Positions 1-10,636 are shown, counted from the stretch's first letter. The stretch is DNA of 64,000 nt from Acidobacteriia bacterium UBA6623 (GCA_002433055.1 DJHJ01000026.1:12447-76446), one strand, 5' to 3'. Made by a program: numbers and translations. Notes: a model not told the origin generated them from the sequence alone.

Positions 1-726
1 GTTCTCCACGGTGCTCAATTCATTTCAAGCGACCGCCAAGCATGGCCAACTGCTTACTATGGAGCAAAAAGTGCTGCTGGTTTAGCTTTAGCGCGTCACC
101 CGAAACGCCGCCTAGGTGATGGCAGCAACGCTCTACGTATTGGTGTAATAGGCCTGGGGGTAGGCACCATTGCTACGCATGCGACCACTCGTGATTACTT
201 GCGGTTTTATGAAATCAATCCCGAAGTCATCAATATTGCAAAAAAATACTTTACGTACTTAAAGCAAACACCCGCAAAGGTGGAGATTGTTCTTGGCGAC
301 GCACGAAACCAAATGGAGGCCGAATTAATCCGGAATGAGCCACAAGGTTTTGACGTTTTAATGGTTGATGCTTTCACGAGTGGCGCAATTCCGATTCATC
401 TTCTGACAGTCGAATGTGTTGATATTTATTGGAAACATTTGCGCCGTGATGGTCTACTTTTGTTTCATATTACAAATGACAGTGTCGACCTTGAGCCTGT
501 CATTCGAGGGCTTGCAGATTTGGATGGCGTGACGCCGTTGACAATTGTAGACACTGGCGCTCGCGTACGTGGGACAAGTGCCTCAACCTGGATTTTGCTG
601 ACCGCTAATAGTGGTTTTTTACAGGATGAGCTAATCCTGCAGGCTGCTGCCGGTACCAATGAGCACCGTGCTCGCTTGCCAGCTTGGACGGATTCGTTTG
701 CAAGTTTGTGGCAAGTGTTGCGATGA
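1..726 (+). CDS. Fused MFS/spermidine synthase-like SAM-dependent transferase, C-terminal part (5' truncated by window edge)
   Basis: Frame is open from base 1 (VLHGAQF...PTAYYG...RIGVIGLGVGT) through YEINP, GDAR, FDVLMVDAFTSGAIPIHLLT and terminal WTDSFASL, typical of this family. Confidence 0.8.
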   Translation, partial: VLHGAQFISSDRQAWPTAYYGAKSAAGLALARHPKRRLGDGSNALRIGVIGLGVGTIATHATTRDYLRFYEINPEVINIAKKYFTYLKQTPAKVEIVLGDARNQMEAELIRNEPQGFDVLMVDAFTSGAIPIHLLTVECVDIYWKHLRRDGLLLFHITNDSVDLEPVIRGLADLDGVTPLTIVDTGARVRGTSASTWILLTANSGFLQDELILQAAAGTNEHRARLPAWTDSFASLWQVLR

Positions 727-851
727 GATTTACGATCAACATCGCGGAAGCATGTTGATCGTATACTGTCATGAAGAGTGTACGTGTCCGACAATTATGA
801 AAACTGCATATGTTGTTGTTTTCGTGACTATTAAATGCTTTAAGGCGCGAG

Positions 852-2207
852 ATGAATTTTCACAGATACATTAGTGCAAGACATGCGACCGGTAAACCCG
901 TTAGCGTTGGTGTCATAGGAGCGGGTAAGTTTACGTCAATGTTTTTTGCGCAAGCTCAGAGAACACCCGGCATCGCAGTCTCAGCGGTATGTGATATTGA
1001 TCTTGCACGAGCCACGCAGAATTTGAAACGAGCAGGGTATACAGCTGCAGACACTAAGCCCACTTCACCCGTCGATGCGTTGCAGCAAGGAACGGTGTGG
1101 TTGAGTGAAGACGCTTTTGAATTAATCGGCGCTGACGGAGTAGATGTAGTCATTGATGCTACTGGTGACCCCATAGCGGGCATTAGTCACGTACTCGCGG
1201 CTTGTGATGCTGAGCGTCACATCATCATGGTAAACGTTGAAGCTGATGTGCTTGCAGGTCCACTACTGGCAAAACGAGCGGAAGAATCCGGTATCGTTTA
1301 CTCGCTTGCCTATGGGGATCAGCCTGCCTTAATTATTGAATTGGTGGACTGGGCACAGATGGCGGGTTTTGATGTTACATGCGCCGGCAAGGGAACAAAA
1401 TATTTACCGTCCTATCACAGCTCCACGCCAGATACGGTCTGGCAGCATTACGGTATCGCTGCGGATGTCGCCAAATGTGCTGGCATGAATCCAAAAATGT
1501 TCAATTCATTTATTGATGGAACAAAATCGGCAATCGAAATGGCAGCGGTTGCAAATGCGACCGCTCTGTTGCCATCGGAAAACGGTTTAAGCTTTCCCCC
1601 CTGCGGACGAAACGTGCTAGCGGAAACTTTAAAACCTACTGTGGCTGGTGGTCTACTTGATCACAAAGGAACCGTAGAAGTTATCTCATCGCTTCATCGT
1701 GACGGGACCGCAGTAAAGGAAGATTTGCGTTGGGGTGTGTACGTTACCTTCGAGGGGAGCTCGACATATGTTGGCGAGTGTTTCCGTGACTATGGACTTG
1801 AAACGGACTCTAGTGGTCAATACGCTGCACTTTACCGGCCCTATCATTTAATAGGTCTCGAGCTCGGAATAAGTGTTGGTTCTGTAATTTTTAAAGGTGA
1901 GCCGACAGGTGCCCCAAGAGGTTGGTATGCTGACGTGGTGTCGATCGCCAAACGTGATCTTTCAGAAGGGGAGGTGCTCGATGGCGAAGGGGGAGCAACC
2001 GTTTGGGGGAAATTAACAACGGCAGCTGCATCATGCAAAACAGCTGCACTACCAATCGGCTTAGCGAAACACGTGCGACTACGACAGCCAATCTCCGCAG
2101 GTGGTTTGATTCGTTGGTCGGACGTTGAACTGGATGAGCACAGTCCCGCAATTGCCGTGCGCCGTGAAATGGAAAAAGTTTTCGATCCACGATTGAATAA
2201 GATATAG
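852..2207 (+). CDS. NAD(P)-dependent oxidoreductase, homoserine-dehydrogenase-like with C-terminal SAF domain (COG4091 type)
   Basis: Rossmann GVIGAGKF; NVEAD, GDQP, AGKG, DGTK motifs; C-terminal AKRDL..GEVLDGEGG SAF-like segment. Confidence 0.8.
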   Translation: MNFHRYISARHATGKPVSVGVIGAGKFTSMFFAQAQRTPGIAVSAVCDIDLARATQNLKRAGYTAADTKPTSPVDALQQGTVWLSEDAFELIGADGVDVVIDATGDPIAGISHVLAACDAERHIIMVNVEADVLAGPLLAKRAEESGIVYSLAYGDQPALIIELVDWAQMAGFDVTCAGKGTKYLPSYHSSTPDTVWQHYGIAADVAKCAGMNPKMFNSFIDGTKSAIEMAAVANATALLPSENGLSFPPCGRNVLAETLKPTVAGGLLDHKGTVEVISSLHRDGTAVKEDLRWGVYVTFEGSSTYVGECFRDYGLETDSSGQYAALYRPYHLIGLELGISVGSVIFKGEPTGAPRGWYADVVSIAKRDLSEGEVLDGEGGATVWGKLTTAAASCKTAALPIGLAKHVRLRQPISAGGLIRWSDVELDEHSPAIAVRREMEKVFDPRLNKI

Positions 2208-2266
2208 GAAGCAGTGGCGTCAACGGCGATCACTAGTTGTATTGATTCAGATGAAAGGGAAAGTGC

Positions 2267-3202
2267 ATGCCTTTAATTGAGCCATTCAGGGGTATCTTGC
2301 CAGCGATGCAGCTGCCCTACGATGCGGATTATAAAATAGACGAACCAGAATTAAGGCAATTCACCAAAAAGCTAATTGATTGTTCCGGTATATGTGGACT
2401 AGTGACAAACGGACACACCGGAGAGGTCTTTGCACTTAGCCGCTCCGAACGAGCGGAGGTAACACGAATAGTTGCTAATGAGTGCTCGGAAAGAATTCCA
2501 GTGATTTCCGGAATTTGCTGTGAGGGTATCGATGAAGCCTGTGAGCATGCAGAGGATGCTCAGCGCGCTGGAGCAAAAGGTCTTTTGCTTATGCCACCCC
2601 ATTATTGGCTACGTTTCGGGATGCAGCCAGAACACGTAATCGCACACTTTGAAGCAGTTGGACGTGCGGTTGACATTAACCTTATCGTCCATATTTATCC
2701 TGCATGGACGCGGGCATCCTATTCCGAAGAATTGCTGATCGAGCTCGCAAAGCTGAGTCAAGTTACAACTTTCAAGATTGGCACACGTGAAATGTCGAAG
2801 TATGACCGAGATATTCGTGCTATTCGATCAGCAGACCAAAGTTGTACTATTTTGACCTGCCATGATGAGTATCTTTTGTCCTCCATGGTTCAAGGGGTTG
2901 ATGGCGCACTTGTCGGGTTTGCATCCTTCATTCCGGAATGGATTGTGGCCCTATATGAAGCGGTGCAAGACGGCGACCTGCAAACGGCTCAGATGATCCA
3001 AGATAAAATATTCCCATTAAAGGAAATTGTCTATGGCAGCGGTGAGCCATCGAGTGAGGCGCACTCGCGAATGAAAACAGCCATGATGCTAGCAGGTATA
3101 CTGCACTCAAACAGAGTGAGACCACCGGCAACAAGCCCGCGCGAGGAGACACTCAGGAGAATTCGGGCAGCACTCAAGGGAGCCGATTTGCTAGTGGAAT
3201 AG
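2267..3202 (+). CDS. Dihydrodipicolinate synthase/class I aldolase-lyase family protein (probably not DapA)
   Basis: NGHTGE motif, LLMPPH, Schiff-base Lys in FKIG; catabolic context. Confidence 0.85.
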   Translation: MPLIEPFRGILPAMQLPYDADYKIDEPELRQFTKKLIDCSGICGLVTNGHTGEVFALSRSERAEVTRIVANECSERIPVISGICCEGIDEACEHAEDAQRAGAKGLLLMPPHYWLRFGMQPEHVIAHFEAVGRAVDINLIVHIYPAWTRASYSEELLIELAKLSQVTTFKIGTREMSKYDRDIRAIRSADQSCTILTCHDEYLLSSMVQGVDGALVGFASFIPEWIVALYEAVQDGDLQTAQMIQDKIFPLKEIVYGSGEPSSEAHSRMKTAMMLAGILHSNRVRPPATSPREETLRRIRAALKGADLLVE

Positions 3203-3265
3203 CTTTAGAACGTCAATACTAATGGTGGCACTCAGTGAGCTTCCAAAATTTGTCGAGGTAAAATT

Positions 3266-5131
3266 CTGATTCTATCGCTCCAAACATTACTGGGGCTCTC
3301 ATGGTTGGGCTTTCAGTCGTACATCGCCTTTTTTCCACAACCACCACTTTTGCAGCGCCCCATTCATTTAACTTTTGGGATTGCGCTATTGCTGCTTGCA
3401 AAACCTTTACCTCGAGTTCATCCGTACAGAAAGGTAGCATCATTTGTTGACTGGACCCTGCTGATAAGTGTCGCGTCGGTAGTAATTTACTACGTGAGTG
3501 AGTTCCAGCGTTTGACAGAGCGCATCGAAGGGATCGATGCAGTGTTGGCAATTGATATCTTTTTCTGCTGTTTACTGCTTTGCGCACTTCTCGAAGGAGT
3601 GCGGCGAACTGTCGGTTGGTCTTTGTTGGGCGTATTGCTTTTGTTTTTGCTGTACGGTTTTGCTGGTAGCATCTTTCCAGGCTGGCTCCAGTTCAGTGGA
3701 TTCACTGTGCGAGAAGGAGTCGAAATTCTGTCGATGACAGTCAATGGGATTCTGGGTATTACAACGGCAACTTCATTGCAATTTGTTTTTTACTTTGTGC
3801 TTTTCGGTGCAGTTTATTCCGCGATAGGTGGCGGACAACTTTTCATCGATATTGGACTTATGATTGCGGGGCGTCATCAAGGTGCCGGTGCGAAGGCGGC
3901 AGTAGTTGCCAGCAGCCTGATGGGGTCGATTAGTGGTAGCGCGGTTGCTAATGTTGCGACGACAGGCGTCTTCACCGTCCCGCTCATGAGGAAATCTGGC
4001 TATTCGTCGTCAATGGCTGGAGCCATCGAAGCGATCGCTTCTACCGGTGGGCAACTCATGCCTCCAATTATGGGCGTTGCTGCTTTTGTTATTGCAGAAA
4101 TGTTGCAAGTGAGTTATGCCCGAGTCGCTCTAGCGGGGTTAATTCCTGCCGTAGCATTTTATATTGCAATCTTCGTTTTTGTCGATTTATTAGCACGTCG
4201 TGACCAAACACTCGCAGCATCATTCGAAACGCTAAAAAAATCACAACCCGTTGCGCCACGTCTCTATCTTTTACTTCCACCCGTTGTACTAATAGCCGTT
4301 TTAGTGGTCGGCTACTCGGCAACTTATGCTGCGATTTCAGCGACTATTTCTTGTGTGTTTCTTGCTTTAGTAACCCTCACGAAGAAAAACTCTGCCCATA
4401 TTTCTGTAGACACATTAAACAAAGCAATGAATCAAGCAGCGTATGTCGCCGTTCCGATCGCCGCGATTGGAATCATTATTGCAGTCGCTATCCAGTCCAA
4501 TCTCGCTCTCAAGTTTTCTTCACAACTCATTTCCGGCAGTGGTGAGTCGCTCTACGAAGCAATGCTGTTTATTGTCTTAGGTTGCCTGCTAATGGGCATG
4601 GGGCTGCCAACTGTAGCCGCCTACATCATCGGCGCCATTTTATTTGTGCCAGCCTTATTACGGCTCGGTATTTCGGAAATGGCGGCACATTTTTTCGTGA
4701 TGTACTATTGCGTCTTATCAATGGTGACCCCACCGGTTGCATTGGCATCCTATACGGCAGCAGCGATAGCAAAAAGTCACCCTATGAAGACTAGCCTGAA
4801 AGCTTTTCGCCTGGCATTGGTTTCATTTTTCATCCCCGTCGCATTTGTTTTTGACTCACGGCTACTCGGAGATGGCGCAATTCTTGATGTGCTCTTTGCA
4901 GCAGTATCACTATCGGTGGGAACAACACTTTGGGCGATAGCTCTGGCTGGCTACCTCGGACGAGTTTTACGCGTGTATGAACGCGTCGTGATTGGTGTCG
5001 GAGCGCTAAACCTGATATGTTCACTCGCTGGATCAACCATGTGGTTTGCTACTTTCTCAATATTGGCAGCTCTGATCGCTTGGATTTTAGTGACAACGGG
5101 ACGACAAAGACGACCACCTGCGGCATCTTAA
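3266..5131 (+). CDS. TRAP transporter fused permease (4TM/12TM, TAXI-type); start uncertain (CTG 3266, TTG 3305 or frameshifted ATG 3222)
   Basis: GSISGSAVANVATTG, ASTGGQLMPPIMG, MGMGLPT, TPPVALA motifs; hydrophobic frame extends upstream of 3305. Confidence 0.88.
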   Translation: MILSLQTLLGLSWLGFQSYIAFFPQPPLLQRPIHLTFGIALLLLAKPLPRVHPYRKVASFVDWTLLISVASVVIYYVSEFQRLTERIEGIDAVLAIDIFFCCLLLCALLEGVRRTVGWSLLGVLLLFLLYGFAGSIFPGWLQFSGFTVREGVEILSMTVNGILGITTATSLQFVFYFVLFGAVYSAIGGGQLFIDIGLMIAGRHQGAGAKAAVVASSLMGSISGSAVANVATTGVFTVPLMRKSGYSSSMAGAIEAIASTGGQLMPPIMGVAAFVIAEMLQVSYARVALAGLIPAVAFYIAIFVFVDLLARRDQTLAASFETLKKSQPVAPRLYLLLPPVVLIAVLVVGYSATYAAISATISCVFLALVTLTKKNSAHISVDTLNKAMNQAAYVAVPIAAIGIIIAVAIQSNLALKFSSQLISGSGESLYEAMLFIVLGCLLMGMGLPTVAAYIIGAILFVPALLRLGISEMAAHFFVMYYCVLSMVTPPVALASYTAAAIAKSHPMKTSLKAFRLALVSFFIPVAFVFDSRLLGDGAILDVLFAAVSLSVGTTLWAIALAGYLGRVLRVYERVVIGVGALNLICSLAGSTMWFATFSILAALIAWILVTTGRQRRPPAAS

Positions 5132-5136
5132 TAGAT

Positions 5137-5904
5137 ATGAAGCATACGTCGGCGCAAGAGATTCGATTATCCTGCCGCACGGGCGAGCATACTGGAACAA
5201 CACGCGGTGTAGCAGTGGGATATGTTCAGTGCAATCTAGTTGTGCTGAGTGCGCAATATGTTGACGACTTTTTTCTCTATTGTGAACGCAACCAAAAAGC
5301 GTGTCCGGTGCTAGAAGTCACAGACCCGGGTTGTCCGGAAGCAAAACGATGTGCCCCGGGATCGGATTTGCGGACTGATTTACCACGCTATGCAATTTAT
5401 CGAAATGGGCAACGCATAGAAGATGCAACGAGCATCATCGACCTTTGGCAAGATGACTCCACAGCGTTTTTAATTGGTTCGGGTATCACTTTTGACTGGG
5501 CTCTCCAACAAGCTAATATCCCAACCGATAAGCATCGATGGGTTTTGCGGTCAAATATAGCAACAGAGCCAGCTGGTATCTTTCATGGACCCATGGTCGT
5601 TACGATGCGTTGGCTAACGCCCGAACATGCACGCCAAGCTGCTGAAATTACCGCTCGGTTCCCTCTTAATCATGGAGCGCCCATTCATATGGGTGACCCT
5701 ACGGCGATCGGTGTCGACATGAAGAATCCGATATTCGGACCACCTGTCACCCGTGTACCGCAAAACTTAGTACCCGTGTTTTGGGCCTGTGGCGTCACCC
5801 CGCAAGAGGCAGGAATGCGATCCAAGCTCGATTTAATGATCACTCATGCGCCCGCCCATGGTTTCATAACCGACTTGCGTGCAAAAGATCTCGAACTGAC
5901 TTGA
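5137..5904 (+). CDS. DUF1445 / D-glutamate cyclase-like putative hydro-lyase (YcsI-like)
   Basis: GYVQCNLV, RNQKACP, DLRTDLPRY, GPMVVTMR, HGAPIHMG, PVFWACGVTPQ, ITHAPAH; ATG 5137 follows the permease stop. Confidence 0.85.
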   Translation: MKHTSAQEIRLSCRTGEHTGTTRGVAVGYVQCNLVVLSAQYVDDFFLYCERNQKACPVLEVTDPGCPEAKRCAPGSDLRTDLPRYAIYRNGQRIEDATSIIDLWQDDSTAFLIGSGITFDWALQQANIPTDKHRWVLRSNIATEPAGIFHGPMVVTMRWLTPEHARQAAEITARFPLNHGAPIHMGDPTAIGVDMKNPIFGPPVTRVPQNLVPVFWACGVTPQEAGMRSKLDLMITHAPAHGFITDLRAKDLELT

Positions 5905-5952
5905 TCGCCAGAATACAGGTAAGAAAACACCCCACGGAGGTTTGAAGAGTGC

Positions 5953-7278
5953 TTATCGAGTGGATTGCCGCAGAAACGCTTCTATTTCCTCAACGTCATT
6001 TGGCATCACAACGGGCTTGTTGCCAAATCGTGAGTTGATGAACTCTCCATTTGGTGCTCTCAAGCCAGTAGTATGATATCCGTGCACAAAATCGGGATCC
6101 TTCAAAACGTGCCCAGTTAAAATTGCAACAACATCCTCTTTTTTGGAAATTGTCCCCTTCTCTACGAGTCGACGAATGCCTGCTAAGGTTGCAGCAGATG
6201 CCGGTTCACAGCCAATACCACACCGACCGATTATTGCTTTAGCATCAGCAATTTCCTGCTCGGTAACCTTTTCCACAACACCAGTACTATCGGTTACCTC
6301 CTGTAATGCTTTTGGCCAAGACACGGGGTCTCCAATCCGAATTGCCGTCGCAAGAGTTTCAGGCTTTTCGACCGGTTTTAATGCACCTATCCCTCGAGTG
6401 AACAGCTCTTCAAACGGTGCCGAGCACTCCGCCTGAACAACTACCAGGCGCGGGCAGTTTTCAATCATTCCCAATGCACGAAGCTCACGCAGAGCCTTTC
6501 CAAGCGCAGAGATATTTCCAAGGTTTCCGCCCGGCACAACTATCCAATCGGGTACTTTCCAGGCCCGTTGATCCAGCAGCTCTACTGCAATAGTTTTTTG
6601 GCCTTCAATCCGAAAAGGATTAATTGAATTCAGTAGGTAGATCTTAAGTCGTTCCGCAACCTGTCGAACCAGTGAAAGAATCTGATCAAAGTTTGCTTTG
6701 ATCTGCAGTGTCACCGCACCATACTCAAGAGCTTGTGCTAGCTTACCGTAGGCGATATTGCCATGCGGGATAAAAATAATTGCTTGCATTCCGGCAGCTG
6801 CCGCATATGCAGCCATCGAAGCGGAAGTGTTTCCTGTCGATACACAGGCCACGCGCTTCATCCCCAGTGCTGCAGCTTTCGTGACGCCGACAGTCATACC
6901 ATTGTCTTTAAAGGACGCAGTCGGATTGTATCCCTGGTGTTTAAATTCAACTCTTTCGAGCCCTGCATAAGTCGCCGCATGCGGAGCCTCGAGCAGCGGT
7001 GTATTCCCTTCACGAAGAGTTATAGGTGTGTGCTGCCGGTAATCGATAAACGGAAGAATCTCGCGGTAACGCCAGACTCCACTTAAATCTAGTGGATCTC
7101 TACTCAGTCTTCTCTGGGTCCAGCAGTGTTTTAATTGTTCTGCGTCGACATTTGTGAACTCATTAGCCACTTCCAGTAATGAGTTGCAATCTGGGCATTG
7201 GTAACGAACTTCATCTAACGAAAAAACTTGCCCACATGCACTATTGAAGCATCGTAACTGGAAACTTGATTTTGACAC
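5953..7278 (-). CDS. thrC: Threonine synthase
   Basis: N-terminal Zn-ribbon Cys motifs, EGNTPL, NPTASFKD PLP lysine, STGNTSAS, PGGNLGN, EPASAA. Confidence 0.92.
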   Translation of the reverse strand: MSKSSFQLRCFNSACGQVFSLDEVRYQCPDCNSLLEVANEFTNVDAEQLKHCWTQRRLSRDPLDLSGVWRYREILPFIDYRQHTPITLREGNTPLLEAPHAATYAGLERVEFKHQGYNPTASFKDNGMTVGVTKAAALGMKRVACVSTGNTSASMAAYAAAAGMQAIIFIPHGNIAYGKLAQALEYGAVTLQIKANFDQILSLVRQVAERLKIYLLNSINPFRIEGQKTIAVELLDQRAWKVPDWIVVPGGNLGNISALGKALRELRALGMIENCPRLVVVQAECSAPFEELFTRGIGALKPVEKPETLATAIRIGDPVSWPKALQEVTDSTGVVEKVTEQEIADAKAIIGRCGIGCEPASAATLAGIRRLVEKGTISKKEDVVAILTGHVLKDPDFVHGYHTTGLRAPNGEFINSRFGNKPVVMPNDVEEIEAFLRQSTR

Positions 7279-7396
7279 TTTGTCCCCATCTGCCGGCTAG
7301 CACTCTCCTCACTGCCAATGAAAAGAATATCGACTATGCCTCACGCTCACTTCTCATACTCACGGAAGCTTTACTTATCCTAGCAACGCTGACGGC

Positions 7397-8866
7397 CTAC
7401 AAATCCATAGCTAGAGCTATTAAGGCACGTACAGGGATACCGCTTGGTCCTGCGGCGAGATAAGGTTTCTCTTCTTCAAGCCACGCCGTCCCTGCTATAT
7501 CTAAATGCACCCAAGGCAATGGATCGGCAAACTCTTTGAGGAACATGGCAGCCGTTATGGCTCCTCCCCAGCGTGGCCCAATATTTGCTAAATCTGCGAT
7601 CGGACTTTCGATGAGCTTCTTGTACTCACTATCCAACGGCATTGCCCAGAATTTTTCACCAACTGTTTCTGCTGTACGCGTAACTCGAGAAAGCCATTCA
7701 TCGGAATTCGTAAAAGCGCCGACGCGTTCGTGCCCCAATGCAATAACGATAGCCCCTGTTAGGGTCGCGGCATCGACCAAATGCGTACAGCCCAGTTTTT
7801 GCGCATAAGTCAACGCATCGGCCAGTATTAAGCGTCCCTCCGCATCGGTATTCAAAACCTCGATCGTCTTCCCAGACATGGAAGTCACAACATCACCCGG
7901 GCGTTGAGCTTGCGGTCCAAGCATATTTTCAACCGATGGCACGACCGCTGTCACCGGAATTTGCGGCTTTAAGCGAGCTAAAGCTTTCATCGCACCGAGC
8001 ATGGCGGCACCACCGGCCATATCGTATTTCATCCGACCCATGTCTGTGGCGGGCTTGATGGAAATTCCACCCGTATCAAATGTCACTGCCTTGCCAACAA
8101 GGCCGAGATGGATTCCTGGTGTTGGATTGTCGGGTGCGTATTTCACAATCGTCATCGTTGGCATTTCTGCACTACCTTGCGCAACACCCAATAAAGATCC
8201 CATCCCAAGCTCGCGAATGCGTTCATGGTCAAGAATCTCCACATCAAGACCAGCAGCGAGTGCCATCTGGTGTGCTTTTTCGGCAAGTTTGTTTGGCGTT
8301 AAAATATTTCCCGGTTCGTTGACCAGCGTTCGCGTGAAGTTTTGTGCGTCGGCAATTGCAACACCCGCATCAAATCGCTTCGCCCACTTTTCGTCAGATA
8401 GCACCGTCAACGTCGTAATGTTGTTCACATTTTTATTTTGAGTTTGATACGCATCGGGTTCATAAGTACCGAGGAGGGCACCTTCAATAAGTGCCTGTAC
8501 TGCATCTCCTGAGTCAATTGCAGATGGGGGCACTAGCGCAAGATCCTGTATACCTCGCTTGGTTGCGAAACGCACTGCGCTACCTGCTCCTTGCCGCACT
8601 CGAGCCGCTGACATCTCAGTGTCTTTCCCTAAGCCAACGAGCAGTAACCGACTTGCACAAAAGCCAGCAGGTTGGTGAATGAGGGTCACTTCAAAGCTTT
8701 CTCCTTTAAACTCACCACAGGTGTAGCATTCCTCGATCAGGGTGACCAAAGACGGATCGAAAGAGTGCTTAAAGTCGGAAAAATTCGCCTGTTCCTCATG
8801 CAGAAACAAAACTACTGCTCCAGAATCAATTTTTTCTTTCGGGGTTGAAATAAGCTGCGTTTTCAT
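7397..8866 (-). CDS. pepA: Leucyl aminopeptidase (M17)
   Basis: VGKAVTFDTGG, MKYDMAG, NTDAEGRL, WVHLDIAG; start moved to ATG 8866 (MKTQLIS). Confidence 0.93.
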   Translation of the reverse strand: MKTQLISTPKEKIDSGAVVLFLHEEQANFSDFKHSFDPSLVTLIEECYTCGEFKGESFEVTLIHQPAGFCASRLLLVGLGKDTEMSAARVRQGAGSAVRFATKRGIQDLALVPPSAIDSGDAVQALIEGALLGTYEPDAYQTQNKNVNNITTLTVLSDEKWAKRFDAGVAIADAQNFTRTLVNEPGNILTPNKLAEKAHQMALAAGLDVEILDHERIRELGMGSLLGVAQGSAEMPTMTIVKYAPDNPTPGIHLGLVGKAVTFDTGGISIKPATDMGRMKYDMAGGAAMLGAMKALARLKPQIPVTAVVPSVENMLGPQAQRPGDVVTSMSGKTIEVLNTDAEGRLILADALTYAQKLGCTHLVDAATLTGAIVIALGHERVGAFTNSDEWLSRVTRTAETVGEKFWAMPLDSEYKKLIESPIADLANIGPRWGGAITAAMFLKEFADPLPWVHLDIAGTAWLEEEKPYLAAGPSGIPVRALIALAMDL

Positions 8867-9009
8867 AACATTACCATTGTAAGAGAGTACCTCTGTCTGC
8901 GTGCACAAATTACTAGCTTCAACACGCTTGAGGGGCGAATCGTCTCTTGGGCTACGGTCACCTCTGGAAGTCTATAAATCGATTGTGACGTATGTGATAG
9001 ACTCGACCG

Positions 9010-10245
9010 GTGCTGAGTTTTTGGTTTTGGTTGGTTTGCCCTGTAGTGCTCGCCGCTCTCATATCACTTCACAGCGGACACAGGCTTCTACGATACACTC
9101 GGGAGTTCCGATGTGAAGCTGACAGCTTCGGTGATGCAGAGAACGGTACAATTTCAGTATTCTGTCCGCCCGTTACGCTGATTGTCCCCGTTTGTGGGCG
9201 GGAGTACAATCTGGAGGCCAATCTGATCTCGCTTGCGGAATTAGATTACCCAAATTATGAATTAATGGTTGTTGCTCGCCATTCAGATGATCCAGGATTA
9301 CAACTCGCACGCAGCACCCTCGACAAAAAAGCGCGTTTAATCGTTAGCGGTAACCCACCTCCCGACACAGGAGAAAAAGTTCACAACCTCTCTGTCGCTA
9401 TCCAGCACGCCAGAAAGGAGAGTGAAATTTTTGCATTTGCCGACTCCGATGGTCAAGTTGCTCGCAACTGGCTTCGAAACTTGGTTGCACCTCTGGCTGA
9501 TGAACATCTTGGAGCAACAACAGGGTTTCGATGGTATTTTCCCAAAAACGGTGACTTTTGGGCTCTAGTGCGAAGCGCCTGGGACTCTGTCATTGTTGGC
9601 AATATGGACATCAATAATAAGAATTTTTCATGGGGTGGAGCAACAGCTCTACGACGTTCCACTTTTGAAAAAATGCAAGTTCACAGGCATTGGCAAGGAA
9701 CCGTGAGTGATGATTATCGACTGTCAGCAGCTCTTGCTAAGGCAGGGCTCGGAATTCGTTTTGTTCCAAATGCGCTGGTTGCAACTACAAGTTCGTGCAC
9801 CGCAAAAGAATTTTTAAGCTGGGCGAACCGTCAACTCGTCCTAACTCGTATTTACAGGACTCGAACTTGGCTCATTGGACTGATTGTTCATGTAGTTTAC
9901 TGTGTTGCAATATTAACCAGTTGCACTATCGCACTGAGCGGCGACTTACTCGTAGGGGTGTCATCACTTCTGGCAATAATCGTACCGGGCATGGTGAAAG
10001 GATCACTACGTCGATCCATGGCTCACGAAATGTTCCCATCTCACAAAAAATGGCTTGCCTCCAACGGATGGATTTATTTCTGGCTTGCACCGTTGTGTAC
10101 ATGGATCTGGCTCACCGTTTTTTTGGGGTCCGCCGTAACAAGCCGGATCATATGGCGCGGTTATATATATCACCTAATTGATTCCGAGCGTACTCGCGTA
10201 TTGAAAATACCTCAACTCGAAAAAATCACACTGGATTCCAGCTAG
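9010..10245 (+). CDS. GT2/GT21 ceramide-glucosyltransferase-like membrane glycosyltransferase (HpnI-like)
   Basis: N-terminal TM helix, LIVPVCG, EKVHNL, FADSD, SDDY, C-terminal TMs and IIWRG. Confidence 0.75.
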   Translation: MLSFWFWLVCPVVLAALISLHSGHRLLRYTREFRCEADSFGDAENGTISVFCPPVTLIVPVCGREYNLEANLISLAELDYPNYELMVVARHSDDPGLQLARSTLDKKARLIVSGNPPPDTGEKVHNLSVAIQHARKESEIFAFADSDGQVARNWLRNLVAPLADEHLGATTGFRWYFPKNGDFWALVRSAWDSVIVGNMDINNKNFSWGGATALRRSTFEKMQVHRHWQGTVSDDYRLSAALAKAGLGIRFVPNALVATTSSCTAKEFLSWANRQLVLTRIYRTRTWLIGLIVHVVYCVAILTSCTIALSGDLLVGVSSLLAIIVPGMVKGSLRRSMAHEMFPSHKKWLASNGWIYFWLAPLCTWIWLTVFLGSAVTSRIIWRGYIYHLIDSERTRVLKIPQLEKITLDSS

Positions 10246-10415
10246 CTGATACATGGCCACAGCACCATCGAAAGTAGATTTGTATGCTTCGTTAAATAAA
10301 TCGCACCACGCCAAAACTTGATTAGTGAACAGGCGTCACATTACCTTTTCGAATGTATGTAGTGTAGGATAAGGATAGTGTTTACAGCGTCAATTTAGCT
10401 GCAAAGGGGAATAAC

Positions 10416-10610
10416 TTGGCTGAAGTCCACATCAACAATGGGGAATCTCTTGATGGCGCATTACGGCGTTTCAAGAGAAAGGTGCAACAAGAGGACATAA
10501 TTAAGGATGTCAAGAGGCACTCTTTTTACCTGAAGCCAGGTGAAAAAAAGAGGCTAAAAAGAGCCCTGGCGCGGAAACGAAATCGAAAACGTACTCGAAT
10601 ATCGGATTAG
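10416..10610 (+). CDS. rpsU: 30S ribosomal protein S21
   Basis: ESLDGALRRFKRKV...FYLKPGEKKR; SD AAGGGG upstream of TTG start. Confidence 0.95.
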   Translation: MAEVHINNGESLDGALRRFKRKVQQEDIIKDVKRHSFYLKPGEKKRLKRALARKRNRKRTRISD

Positions 10611-10636
10611 CGAAAAAGCGAACCTTCACTCGACGC

